From assembly GCA_964016885.1 (NCBI GenBank), contig OZ024742.1, positions 182,900,001 to 182,964,000 of the forward strand: a stretch of DNA of 64,000 bases, given 5' to 3'. Below are positions 15,501 through 28,426 of the stretch, in pieces. Source of the stretch: Eledone cirrhosa. Taxonomy: Eukaryota. The notes below the pieces were generated by a model that ran no database searches, had not been told where the DNA came from, and saw only the letters and a program-made list of their open reading frames with translations. A program made the position numbers and the translations under genes. Numbering within the stretch: the stretch's first letter is position 1; each line of letters starts with the position of its first letter.

Positions 15501-16115
15501 ATATATATATATATATATAATATATATATATATAATACATATATATATAATATATATATAATATATATAATATATATATATATATATAATATATATATAT
15601 AATATATATATATAATATATATATATAATATATATATAATATATATAATATATATTATATATATAATATATATATATAATATATATATAATATATATAAT
15701 ATATATTATATATATAATATAATATATATATTATATATATATATAACATATATAATATATATATATATATATAAAAGAAGGTAGTACAGCATAATCGAAG
15801 TTCTGATTGCGGGCAAGCTAACGAATGCTATCGGGAAGTGCAGCCAAAATCACTCAACAAGGAATTTTACCTTACAGTTATAACATTAGATATATATGTG
15901 TGTGTGTGTGTGTGTGTGAGAGAGCGGACTTGTGAAATACCAAACCCTGCATGAGTCCTTTGAAGTGTGTCGGACGGAGAGTAGCTGATGGCCAGTATGG
16001 CAGCAAATATTGACCAGAATTTATGATGACGTAGAAAAACAACAGCCAATAGCAAGAAAAGAGAGAAGATGTTTTTTCTCACCCCAGTGAGAAAATGTGT
16101 TCCGAAAGTATTGTA

Positions 16116-16205
16116 TGTGTCCGAAGAACCTGCAGTTCTAGAATCAGACAGATCCATACAATGATCATGTCACGAGCTATCTGCCGGCGAAACAATTGTA
16201 ACACA
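16116..16205 (+). ncRNA. Hammerhead-like motif with CCGAAGA core and extended stem II
   Basis: tgtgt-CCGAAGA-acctgcag..(~45 nt)..ctgccggc-GAAA-c(aatt)g-TA-acaca, followed by AATAAA. Loop III is palindromic. Confidence 0.62.
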
Positions 16206-16260
16206 CAATAAACTGAGTCCAGATGTATCACTGATTTTTCGTTTTATATTATATATATAT

Positions 16261-16765
16261 TTTGAGTATATGTTGGTTGTATACCAATACCTCAGTATGC
16301 AGATTGGAGCACCCGACGAATTGCGCAGATTGGTTTGGTTACTCCGGAGTAATGTAAAATAAAATAAAATAAATAAGTCAAATGTTTAAAATTTGGCGTC
16401 GTTTATTACTGCTATATATATTTCGGTGACAGCCATCTTTGACTTCAGACGAATTTCTATAGACTATTGACTGAGGAATGTTCTAACAACTGACCAATGA
16501 GAGGAGAAGGGGCCCTTTGACGCTGAAATTCGTTTGTTTAAATTCATATGATTCCAGTTGCTCAGAGCGAAATAACAACGCAACCAGGAACTGGGCATAT
16601 CAGAGTATTGACAAAGTTATACACCTCAACAACATGTGTACTCGTCTCTACCACACTAATTCGGACTGCCTGAAGCGGTCACAGCCAAAGATGGCTGTCA
16701 CCGAAATATATATAGCAGTAATAAACGAAGCCAAATTTTAAACATTTGACTTATTTATTTTATTT

Positions 16766-16771
<6 letters not shown>
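16261..16771. mobile_element. Inverted Penelope-like 3'-end cassette (second family)
   Basis: About 16356-16441 is the inverted copy of about 16687-16771. Contains a hammerhead motif, an AATAAA and TA flanks. Confidence 0.72.
16665..16719 (+). ncRNA. Minimal hammerhead-like motif, A9C variant
   Basis: actgc-CTGAAGC-ggtcacagcc(aaagat)ggctgtcacc-GAAA-t(atat)a-TA-gcagt. Confidence 0.68.
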
Positions 16772-16816
<45 letters not shown>

Positions 16817-16957
16817 AGGCTAACAGGCCAGGGATATGCAGACCACATTATGGTCGGTCGGCTGTGATGCAGATAAAATGAAGCGCTCAACGACGTTCAT
16901 AAATAGTTCATGCTCTGAAAAAGTTGATTAAGATAAACTTTGATTTCTTATCATTAT

Positions 16958-17303
16958 TGCGGTGGATTGGCAGTATCGGTAGAGGGTCGGACGCCATGCT
17001 TTGACGTATAGAGTTACGGCCCTTGCCATTCTGAGTTCAAATCCCGCCGAGGTTAACTTTGCCTTTCATCCTTACGGGGTCGATAACATAAAGTACCAGT
17101 AATGCACTGAGTAATTGCTGGCCTTGTGCCAAAAGTAGAAACAATTATTGCACTGGGTAATTGCTGGCCTTGTGCCAAAGGTAGAAACAATTATTATTAT
17201 TATTACTTTACTGATAAAATAAAGTACCAGTAAAGTACCAGTAATGCACTGATAATTACTGGCCTTGTGCCAAAAGTAGAAACAATTATTATTATCATTA
17301 TTA
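16958..17303 (+). mobile_element. SINE family A with triplicated 3' end
   Basis: Same head and core as 1052-1272; ggccttgtgccaaaagtagaaacaattatt occurs three times. Confidence 0.75.
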
Positions 17304-17912
17304 TTGGTGTCGGCAATATCCAGTGTAGAGAACATGATGTTTTATGTCCTGAGTAACGATAAAATAAATAAATACCAGTCAAGTACTGGTGTCGATATTC
17401 TTTCTATCTAAATCGGAAAAAGTACCTCCACATCAACTACTAACTACTATTACTACTACTACAGCAACAATTACTACTACTACTACTATGAAAAAAAAAC
17501 ATTGCATATTTTTAACAACGGAAGGAGTGAATGTTTGAAGGCTCTGTCCCCTCGTCCCTCAGGAATAAGTGGGAGGAGGAGGAGAAGAAGAAGAAGAAGA
17601 AAAAGAAAAAGAAGAAGAAGAAGAAGAAGAAGAAGAAGAAGAAGAAGAAGAAGAAGAAAACTACGACGACGACAGTGACGACGACGGTGACGACAGCCTG
17701 CGTGGGAAAGAAAGCTGAATTCACAGCTTTCAGTTATTTCGCGTCACTGATGTCGCTAACGTTTGACAATTCCTGTCTTCTCATGTCCCAATAACATAAT
17801 AACATTTAAGGTAACAAATATACCGCTTATAAGAAGTGGACTCTGTAGTTGGTGTCGAAATTAACACAGGTGATAGTTGACACTGTATGTGTGCTTGTGT
17901 GAGTGTGTATGT

Positions 17913-17985
<73 letters not shown>

Positions 17986-17991
<6 letters not shown>

Positions 17992-18126
17992 TAACAGATT
18001 AAAGTTTAAGCAAAGAATCACTGTTTTCACCCTTAACGGGATTCTTTGCTTAAACTTTAATCTGTTATTTTAATAAATATTTGCTCTAGGGTTCTTATAT
18101 ATTTGAAATATATTTATCCTTATCGA
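17986..18126. mobile_element. Short inverted cassette in (TA)n (34-bp arms plus tail); related fragment at 21226-21345
   Basis: ttaaaataacagattaaagtttaagcaaagaatc at 17986 is inverted at about 18040-18073. Confidence 0.65.
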
Positions 18127-18167
18127 TATATATATATATATATATACATATATATATAATATATATA

Positions 18168-18250
<83 letters not shown>

Positions 18251-18911
18251 CAGGATAGAATCAGTTTCAAACTTGTTAGACCATTACTCACCAGAGTAAT
18301 CGATACTTGGGACAGAAGAGTATTATGAAGAGTTTGGGCCCGACGGCTGAGCTCTTGCCGTTTCAACAGCTAGTGCCATATATATATATATATATATATT
18401 TATTAAAAGAGAGAGAGAGATACACCACAATTAATAAATGCATTCAAATCAATAGTCAATGTAGTTATTATATTACTCCGCTCTACGCAATAGATGTTAC
18501 CAAGTTTCAATTTTATAGAAAACCTCGTATTCCGTTGCAATGGAGGATATATGGGTAACTGAAGTAAGTGTGAAAAGGGGGTGGATTTTATCGAGTGACG
18601 GAGCTAATATTTTACGGTCTTAAATAATATGTCTTGAGTTTCTATAATTAAACTCCACCGAAATCAACTTTTCATCCTTTCGGGATCGATGAAATAATGT
18701 ACAATACAAGGATTATTGTTGATCTAATCGACTGATGCCTCCGAAAACTTTTGGGTCTTTTGCCAAATTTAGAAATCAATATATGGCTATTTACTTTTGT
18801 TATAGCCTTAGTAATATTTTCTAGATTTTCAATTTAAAATCTTCTGATTTATTTCCTATGATACATTTTTTTTTTTTACTGACTATTTTTCTCAATTATC
18901 TTATTTTTCAG

Positions 18912-18967
18912 ACAAGACCAAATATTACAAAACCTTGTGTACAAAATGGTACCTGGGCTATTTTCTA
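18912..18967 (+). CDS. BMI1: BMI1/PCGF2/4/Psc-like Polycomb RING finger gene, internal coding exon (post-RING helix)
   Basis: Acceptor tttttcag, donor gtaagt. 56 nt, phase 2 to 1, translates (R)QDQILQNLVYKMVPGLFS, matching BMI1 RSDKTLQDIVYKLVPGLFK. The symbol denotes the family; orthology not tested. Confidence 0.93.
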
Positions 18968-20474
18968 GTAAGTGCAGTATACTTTTTTCAACATTTTTAT
19001 TTTTACAATTGTAATTGATCGTAGTCTGTATTTTTGTTTACTTGTGTTGTTACTTTATCAGTCTGACCAAATCAGAAAGAGACATGGTGCGTGTTATAAG
19101 AGAAATGACTTCAATTATAATCGATTGATGTAAAATAACATGTTTCAAAAGAACGTAACCGAATCAATAACGTCTAAATTTCGATGCTGAGAAGACAAGA
19201 AGTCTGCAATATATGTGGCCAAATCAATAAACGGATCTACCTTTGTGAAAGTAACTTCAATATCTGCTTATCAATGAAATAGTTTCTTATAGAAATTATA
19301 CAAGGTACGAAATATGATGCTGTTTGAAATGGAAGCCTGTCCAATATGCACTCTGTTTTATTTTTTAGAGGTTATGAGGAAATTATAATATTGTTATTGT
19401 TTTGCCGCAAACTTTAGGACAAAAGTGTTGCAGCCATGACTATGACGTATTGTTACATACCCAAGACTATATTCGGCAATGTGTTTGCCTTTTTTAATAC
19501 TGTAGAGTGTGGGTCTGATGTATGGGTTACTGCTATTTCTAGCAAATCAACTGATTTCGTCAAGTTCCATTTGCTGAATCAGAATTATAGTAATATGCAG
19601 CATTGATCGCCCAGTTTATATTCTGGTAAGAGGCGTGCTAATAATGTTGTACGTGTTGATTAATAAACAAAGGCTTTTTCACAACAAATCGTCACTGGAT
19701 AACGATAGGGAGGAAAGAGGAAGATTATTCCATCATATCCTTGCCTTGTTATTATGCTTTGACGTGGATACATAACAAAGTTGAAGGCTTTCATTAATCG
19801 CTTCCTAACTTATAATCGTCACGAGTGCTATCCAATAAACTACGAGCATTAGGACCACAACAGAGCATTTGCTGAACAAAAATAGAAATGTTTTCTCCTA
19901 GAGAAGTATAAAATATTAACTCTTATAATGATTTTTAAGAAATTGTATGAAAGTAGGTTTGTTGGATAGATTATTGTAAAATTGTGCAATATTAGAATAA
20001 AGACTTTCATTTTTAATATGACGCTCTCATATTTAAAAACAGGTTTGCCCAATAAAATGTTTATAGTATTTTTACTAATGAACAAATCATTGGGAAAATT
20101 GACAGTATTACAAAAAAGACTAATTTGCAATGTGCTGCAGATAGTGTTGTTTGGCCATTTTTTTTTTTTTTTTTTTTTTTGGTGTCTTGTTAATGTAGTT
20201 TCACGCACTTCAATGTTAATAGTAAATTTTATAAAGTTGTGGAAATTTCAGTTTTATTACTTTTTTTTTTAAAAAAGGTTGCGGAGGGGTTTTTGATTCA
20301 CCAAAATGGGTCGTGATGGAAAAATGTAGAAGACTGTTTCTTTGGTCGATTCCTGGAGACAAAAAACTCCTTTATGCTTTAGTGTTAAATGTAACTATTC
20401 CGCATACACTCTGTGCGCGTACATATATGTGTGTGTATAATATATATATATGTATATATATAGAGAGAGAGAGA

Positions 20475-20515
<41 letters not shown>

Positions 20516-21086
20516 AGAGAGAGGGGGGGGGGTTAAAATGCAATTGGAGTCTTTAAGATCTATTATTAATAACTAACGTTTTCACGTTTGAATAATTTCA
20601 AACGTGAAGGAAGGACATAAGAGTGGCTATGTGTCTCGCACGCACGCGCGCGCGCATACACACACACTCACACACACACACATATATATATATATATACA
20701 CATTTTTTAATGTATCGGAGTGCTTGGTTTTTGAAATTTTTTAAAACCTAGGCATCCAAAATATAGAAAATAAATATAGCTACCGCCGATCCCTATAAAT
20801 ATTAGCTTATTAAATCTGGTAAAATACCCTAGAGACTGAATTCAAGAGATCCCTAGTTCGATTCAGCGTAGCAGCTGCTACCCACCTTTTTGACTCTAGG
20901 GATATTTTATCCGATTTCGTAAGCTATTATTTATACCGATCGACTGTTACAGCTATGTATGTTCTATATTCGATATTTCTACATTTTCAATATATATGTA
21001 TGTACAAATAATCGCACATTTCGGTTTACAAACACGAGGAAAGAGTTCTCGGTACCAAAGTAGAGACTATTATATATATATATATA

Positions 21087-21396
21087 CTAGCAGAATGGCC
21101 CGGCGTTGCTCGGGATTTGCTCTATGCTTATCGAGCCTCATGAAATAAATACGTTTGTTTATATTTTGTTATTGTGTATGCAAAAATATCTGTACATGAA
21201 TATATAATTATATATATATATATATTAAAATAACAGATTAAAGTTTAAGCAAAGAATCGCTGCTTTCACCCTTAACGGGATCTTCTGAGACTAAAAAAAT
21301 CAATCTGTGCACGCAGAAGTAGATATTTCGAAAAACGTTACACACACTATCTATCTATCTATCTATCTATCTATATATATATATATATATATATAC

Positions 21397-21474
<78 letters not shown>

Positions 21475-21576
21475 GGCAAACGTAGAATATTCGAAAATAT
21501 TAGGTATGTTTATAATAAACATTTTGAAGACCCAATCGCTATAGAATAGAATACGTCACGTATTACAAATCCAAAT

Positions 21577-21633
<57 letters not shown>

Positions 21634-21945
21634 TCTATATATATACATATATACACACACACACACACAGATAGCGACGTCATAATGTCGTAATGCAGAC
21701 AGCCAAACATACAGACATATATTATAAGGGCGCAACGTTATATCTATGTATCTATCTAAAAAGAAACACTAAGAATTATAGAGAGATATCGCTAAATCGC
21801 CTAATGCAGTCCCTAGAGCATTGAAAATTTGAAATTGTTTTTGCTCAAAACAATCACAGAAGCATAACGTATTACATGTGTAAAGTTTGAAAAAATCGGC
21901 TGGGTGGTTCTCGAGTTTTAGGGAGTCAGACAGACAGACATTCTC

Positions 21946-21960
<15 letters not shown>
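21087..21960 (-). mobile_element. Related non-autonomous Helitron with nested TA and PLE-like insertions
   Basis: Minus strand ends cccgagcaacgccgggccattctgCTAG. The 5' region reads tatataaaacagagaatgtctgtctgtctg. Confidence 0.65.
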
Positions 21961-22029
<69 letters not shown>

Positions 22030-22666
22030 GAAAGGTATATAAAACATTGTAGCAAAAAGCCAACAGTATTCCATAATATATAAGTGACTATAGCGTCAAA
22101 ATGGGAAAAATAGTTAACGTAAGATGTGGGAAAAATAATTCAAACTCAACTCAAAGAGAATCAGGATATAGATTCATCCACAGAATTTAGTGAAATCCAG
22201 GGAAAAATCAATAGAGCCTTAACTCATGATAAAATAAAGTTTAAAATACTCATCCTTCAATTTGGAAAAACTTCAAATGCTCTGTATAGTCTTAAAGACT
22301 ATTTCACGAAAACTTTCAGTGAAGATGGTTGGAATTCGATCCTCAGCAGAGCTAAACTCGATAAACAAAATTTCTCACTGATTAATATGCCAAAAAGGGA
22401 ATTTAAAACAGGCTAGTTCACCATCATGCGTGATTATGAAAAATAAAACGCACATGTGGAAAGACAGGGCTGGTGACGTCAGAATGAGACGAATGTTTGT
22501 TTACAAGAAACAGCAGTCAAAAAACATTCCGAAAAAAACTCTACAATAAGGAGTTGAGCAAAAAGCAATATTATCGCGGTTTGTTATAAAAAAAATACCG
22601 GGATTAGTCACAAATAATTTAAGCACTCTAGGAAAGAAATCCGAGTATAAATATATAAATGAAAGG

Positions 22667-22700
<34 letters not shown>

Positions 22701-22708
<8 letters not shown>

Positions 22709-23103
22709 AAAGATAACAAGGACGATTAGTTACTCCTTCATTACATTTATTGGTTGGTGACGCGCGTTTCGCCACTGATCAGCTCAAGGTGCGATCTGTA
22801 TCGATCTTACCCGACTCTGTAATCCGCGGCTCGACGGACCCCTTGAAATGCTAGTAGAAAATCAAGGGGTCCGTCGAGCCGCAGATTACAGAGACGGGTA
22901 AAATCGATACAGATCGGACCTTGAGCTGATCAGTGGCGAAACACGCGTCACCAACCAATAAATGTAATGAAGGAGTAACCATCGTCCTTGTTATCTTTTC
23001 ACTATAATACACTCTGTATAGCTCTACACCTCGACAGTGAAGTGAAGCTAAACATTGAGTGCTCACCCGGGTGAACCTACAGTAACTCCAAGTTACACTC
23101 CCT

Positions 23104-23106
<3 letters not shown>
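22701..23106. mobile_element. Inverted Penelope-like 3'-end cassette (third family) in (TA)n
   Basis: Arms about 22701-22846 and 22862-23006, then a ~100 nt unpaired tail. TA flanks. Confidence 0.75.
22868..22952 (+). ncRNA. Hammerhead-like motif with CCGUCGA core and long stem II loop (second copy at 22756-22840, minus strand)
   Basis: ggt-CCGTCGA-gccgc..(~50 nt)..gtggc-GAAA-c(acgc; gcgc in the other arm)g-TC-acc, then AATAAA. Confidence 0.55.
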
Positions 23107-23139
<33 letters not shown>

Positions 23140-23744
23140 TGCTGAAATTTCTCTCTATGGCTATTCGTGACGAGAGGTAACCCGCGAAACTCACAGTAGC
23201 AACAAGAAATCTCAGTAATATTACATATGTGTGTGTGCTTGTGTATTTGTTTGTGTGTGTATGTATGTGTGCGTGCGTGCATGTATATAGCCAAATGTTA
23301 GAGTGGCCTTTACCATCTATATTTTAGAAATATAGTTACATTGTTTAATTGTTTAACGTAATTTGCTATATTTGTAACATCCAAGAAGGCCACAGTTAAA
23401 CTACCTTTGTTTGGAACATATATATCTTCTCTTTCATCTGCCGGTGGGAATATAAAAACATTAATAGCTATATAATTTACTCTGCCTTGAGTGAATATTG
23501 AAATACTCTATTAATCTAATATTCTATCGATAGCATGACAGAAGATTTTTCGATGAATAAATTACATATTTATCAAATACTTTTTATTTATTCTGTTATT
23601 TCGGACACATCAGTCATATCTTATACAAAGCATTTTCTATCCTAGCATACTATGACATATTGTTATGCAATTACTGTCGGAGAAGGAAGCGACACTATGA
23701 AATATTAACTATATTTATATTAATATCAATATAGTATAGGCATA

Positions 23745-23919
23745 CGAGGGTCGGCTGAAACCTTTTAGGCTGAAAAGTTCATAGTCTGACCATGATACCT
23801 TCATGGACAGATCAAATGAGGTTTATTTTTCAACATAGGTTTTGGAAGAGTTGAAATTAGTGCATGCAAGATTTCACAGCTCTAGCATCACTCCATAGTC
23901 AGCGTATGAACCTTTCAGT
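23745..23919. mobile_element. mariner-derived MITE remnant
   Basis: TA|cgagggtcggctgaaa start; ctgaaaagttcatagtctgacc is inverted to agtcagcgtatgaacctttcag. Confidence 0.55.
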
Positions 23920-24609
23920 TAAAATATTGCTTATATATATTGTTTATAGTTTTATGAATATCGTAAAGTATTATAAGCACAGGCATGACTGTGTGGTTTT
24001 CTTAATAAACTTGTGGTTTCGGGATCAGTCTTACTGTGTGGAAACTTTAGCAGATGCCTTCCATTATATTCTCGGGTTAACTATATAACTTATGAGTAAC
24101 ATTTGGTTGAAATTTGTGGGAGGAGGAAGGGGTTTATTGTGTTTGTAATACCTTGTAACTTAGTGGTTCAGCACAAAGTGATCGATAAAATAAGTATCAG
24201 ATTAGAGAACATATGTACTGGTGTTGATATGATTGCCTAAATCTCATTCCTTTCTTCAGTTGTCGGCTGATGATCTCAACAATTTCGGTCCACCCGATGG
24301 TATCGCTCCCTCCAGTGGTGCTAAGCAGCATTGATACTACCAGAGTCGTCTAAAATTTATGATATACTACGTAGCATGGATTATTCCTGCTGTTATCCAA
24401 GCCGCTATCACCAAAAACGTGTAGACGATGTAACCAAGACGATGTAATCATTTAAGAATTATTGAGTTTAGTCTTGTCGAGGAAGTTTGCTCCCTGATCT
24501 CAGCGTTGGTCTATTAATGTATTATATATTATATGGATGCTTCCAGAAAAATCTCCTCTACATGTATTTCCTTATATATTTATTTGTGTTTATTCATTTA
24601 TTCCTGTAG

Positions 24610-24657
24610 ATGAAATGAAAAGGCGACGAGATTATTACATCAAACATCCATGTTCAG
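24610..24657 (+). CDS. BMI1: BMI1/Psc-like gene coding exon
   Basis: Acceptor cctgtag, donor gtaaga. 48 nt, phase 1 to 1, (N)EMKRRRDYYIKHPCS, matching BMI1 NEMKRRRDFYAAHPS. Confidence 0.93.
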
Positions 24658-26637
24658 GTAAGAATGTTTCACACACATGTCTCGTTTTTTCTTTTCTTGT
24701 GTGTTGATTTTGTTTTATTTGTTTGTTTTTCTTACTGTTTAGTCAGAAGGAACAAAACAATGGCCATCACGCTTCAATTCCTCCCCGACTTGTGGAAAGG
24801 ACGGAGGAAGGTATTCTCAACCCGAAACCTTGGTTTGAATGCGTGTAGCAGAGGAAAGCCTGCTAAAGTGACCCGGGACGTCAAGTGGCGCTATTAATCC
24901 GGAAGTCGTATTATTTCTATCTCGTTGGCCATAGTTTCTTGTGTTCTAATTATAATATAATTCTATTTTCTCATCTGATTGTGGATGAGTTAAAATTATT
25001 TTTAGTTCGACTGATATCCGAGAAAATAGAATCTGATTGTTTATGCAAACATGTTTCTTTTCACAAATATTTACATCCCTTTTAATGATGTACAACACTT
25101 CCAACTGGCGCCAACCCATCATTAAATGAATCTCTGTTTTAGAAACCAAAATAAGAAGAGAGGAGAAAAAGAAGGAAAACGACAACAATGAAAGATCCAA
25201 CTTCATTAACCACGCTCATTATATCTACTCTCACTTCCCATCAATGTCACCGTATGTTCTATGCAAGAATTGACTCTCTCACACATTAACGTTATTGTCA
25301 TAGAGGAGCTAGTCATAAGATGGGAACTAAATTTTCAGATAGGGGAAACAAACAGTGATAATAACATCTAGAAGAGACATTTTAGTTATTTAAGAATACA
25401 TAACACTTTTTCATTTATTTTCTAATAGTACGGTCTATTATGAAGTATGAAAAATGTTCATCACGCAGCTATAAGTTACTCACTGACATAAACAGTTATT
25501 ATTAAAGGAACAATAATACAAATCGAAGTTCAGTCTGTGTATAACTAAAACATTTCGAATAGACTACAACTGGCTACAGCCAGTGGCTTAACTCATCTAT
25601 TGGTGTTTACAATCTTGTATATATCTTAGAATTGTTGCTATAGTTAGCGTTAACCAAGAAAGAAAAAAAGGAAAATTTGCTGATATCGGATTATTCTTTC
25701 ACACAATCTTCATAACAATATACATTGAATTGTTTAGTTAGTGTGTGTGGGGGGGGGTTTTCAACGTCGATTATAACTTCCAGCAGCGGCACATCTGGAC
25801 ACGTTGATGTTTTCATAAACATATTTATAACGAGGAATATATTATTGCAAAGCTTCACAGTGTAGTTAGTGTCTCATCATTCACTCAATACAAGACTCCC
25901 TGCTATCAATCCACCTCCTGCTTCTTATTGTAACCTTTCCCAAAGCCAGCTTATTTGGTCTAAGCTATCTCTTTCGCCATCTTTTACCACAACTTCACCG
26001 AGCTTTATCAACTCATCCTCTTTCTTCCGTGCTGTTTTCCCTCCTCCGGCTTCCATTGGACAACTTATCTCCAGCAAACCAACTTCAATCAATCGAAAAG
26101 CCATTATGGCGTCAAGATTCACAAGTGACATAGAAAATACTAAACAGCTTTAAGATACTTTCTGTCAACGTGCCAAAGCTACTTAACCGAATGCAGCCAT
26201 TTCCTATTTCCAGTGGAAATCTCCACACGATACTGAGTGTGTACTCTATTATTAATAGTCCTTGCTGCAGAAAATTTCCTATTTGCCAAATTTCTGGCAT
26301 TAGCAATAATTAAGAACTACCTCGCTATCTTATGTTTCAGATTTGCATGTATCATCTTCCCCACTCTCCTACTAAACTATCACACCACCTGCTTCTCTTC
26401 TTTATGAGTTTAACTAATTTACTCCTAAAAGTTGATTCTCTTTAACTTCCGATTTATTCAATACAGTCTTTAACTAATCATTTTGTGTTTTTGTTTTATT
26501 TGTTATTTATACTTTTCTAGTATATTAAGACACATTGTTAAAAAATAGAATACATTTTGTTTCACAAAGAGTACATTTGATTTGATACCTAACGTGAAGT
26601 GTTGCCATGTTTAGCAGGACACATTTTCTGTTGTATA

Positions 26638-26694
<57 letters not shown>

Positions 26695-27261
26695 TAGCAT
26701 AGTACCCGTAAAATTAATAGGGTTTATAGTAAATGATATGCAGTTTAATAATTTCATGATTACATCATTCGATGTAAAGATATTTGAATCCTCGATTTCC
26801 CTTAACCTTCTCTATCTCATCACTCCGTACAGCTCCATATTTCATATTACATTCATTTAAACCAATTACAATATTTTTCTTGCCAATTTTCTTATCTATC
26901 ACCTGACCGTTCATAAAAAGTGAATTCTAAGTATATTAAATATATGCTAAATTCACTTGATTTAATGTCAAGTTTTGACTGAATAATAGGTGTCATTTCA
27001 ATATCACTAAATTTGTAATATTTATAAACCTATCTAAACTTATCGTCTTATAATAAAACTCATTTTATTGGTGTGACAGGTAATATAAGGGCTAAATCTA
27101 ATATATTCTTTTAAATATAAATCATTTGATACTATTTGTTGAAAGTTGCTACACAGCCATTTTATTAATTTTTTTATTACAAAATTTTGTCTAATACTTT
27201 TCTAATACATTCACTTGAATAATCTATTTTATAACCATTCTAATTTTTTTCTATTTTACAG

Positions 27262-27397
27262 CTGCACACCAACCGTGTGGTTCGGTGGACAGTGAAGTGA
27301 ACGGTCTACTGAAGGCGGGGGAGGGTGCCCGTGCGCATGAAAGAATCATTTATTCAGAAGATGAAAAGATAAGTTTATCTCTGGAATTCAGTTCAAA
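27262..27397 (+). CDS. BMI1: BMI1/Psc-like gene coding exon (linker and start of RAWUL)
   Basis: Acceptor ttttacag, donor gtaagt. 136 nt, phase 1 to 2, (A)AHQPCGSVDSEVNGLLKAGEGARAHERIIYSEDEKISLSLEFSS, compared with BMI1 KRIITDDEIISLSIEF. Confidence 0.9.
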
Positions 27398-27949
27398 GTA
27401 AGTCACAAACTCCTTTATATCTTTACATTGTTGCCTTATATACATAATATTTTCTCGATAATAAAGGATAATTACACCATATGGATTTGTATCCTCCAAA
27501 CTACCGCTGTTTTTAACGCCTTCACATAATGGACGTAGGTACAAGAAGACGCGTAATCTTCCCCTCTCCCACTCTTCTATACTTCAGGCAGCCCTATGTG
27601 TTCTACCGTTTCACCAAGATGAATACTGCTAAGCATTTGTCCGGCGTTCTAGTGGATATGACATTCACCACACTCATTCACTCTGATAATACTTGTGTAA
27701 GGAGACATACCATATTTATTTATCAATGGGTAGATGATAGATTCGATGGCAAAGTGTCGAACAAAATACTTTATAATATTTGGTTACATTCTATTACGTT
27801 CTGTGTTCAAACCTAACTCAGGTACACTTTGCCTAACATCCTTCCATTGATAAAATAAATGTACAGCGATCGATGTAATTGACTGTATGCTGTAAGACGG
27901 TGTCCCATCAAGACCCCTGTCTAATGAATGGAATCAGCAAAAATATATA

Positions 27950-28285
27950 ATTGTGATAGCGAGCATAGTTATAAAATTGTGATAAAGTTATTAGTTATAA
28001 AATTTTGACAACGGCCATAGTTATTAAATGTATGATAATGGTCATAGTTATAAATTTGAGACAGTGGCCATAGTTATAAAATTGTGATGGAGTCAGTTAT
28101 AAATTTGTGATAGTTATAAAATTATGACGGTGTTTTACTTTTACACTTGTGATAACGATCTTGGTTATATAATTGTGAGGCTGGTCTTAGTTGTACCATT
28201 GAGATAACTGTTTTAGGTATATCATTGAAATAGTAGTACTACATACAGTTGTGATGCTTGTCTTTGTTGTATGATTGTGAAACAG
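27950..28285. repeat. Degenerate ~27-bp minisatellite
   Basis: Recurring catagttataaaattgtga. Confidence 0.65.
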
Positions 28286-28426
28286 ATCTTTAAAAACCCA
28301 ATTAGTGTCAGCAGTTTTCGTTAAGTTTGTGTCATAAAAATAGGGTTTCATTTATTCATTTTGTTTCGAAATGCTTCCATATTACAACTGTAGCCAGATC
28401 ATTAATATCTACGTTTTGTTTTTTAG

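Noticed and set aside
16958-17052. tRNA-like A/B boxes
   Set aside because: SINE head with an extended spacer and attached core and tail; not a cloverleaf tRNA gene.
19325-19360. ACPICT resembling the RING motif CPIC
   Set aside because: It lies downstream of the post-RING exon, and the surrounding residues and splice sites do not fit.
21250-21293. Possible minus-strand hammerhead (CAGAAGA..cccgttaaggg..GAAA)
   Set aside because: Stem I and the UH cleavage site cannot be paired convincingly.
26694-26735. Possible Helitron 3' end (CTAG plus weak hairpin) on the minus strand
   Set aside because: The hairpin is imperfect and no matching 5' end or second copy was found.
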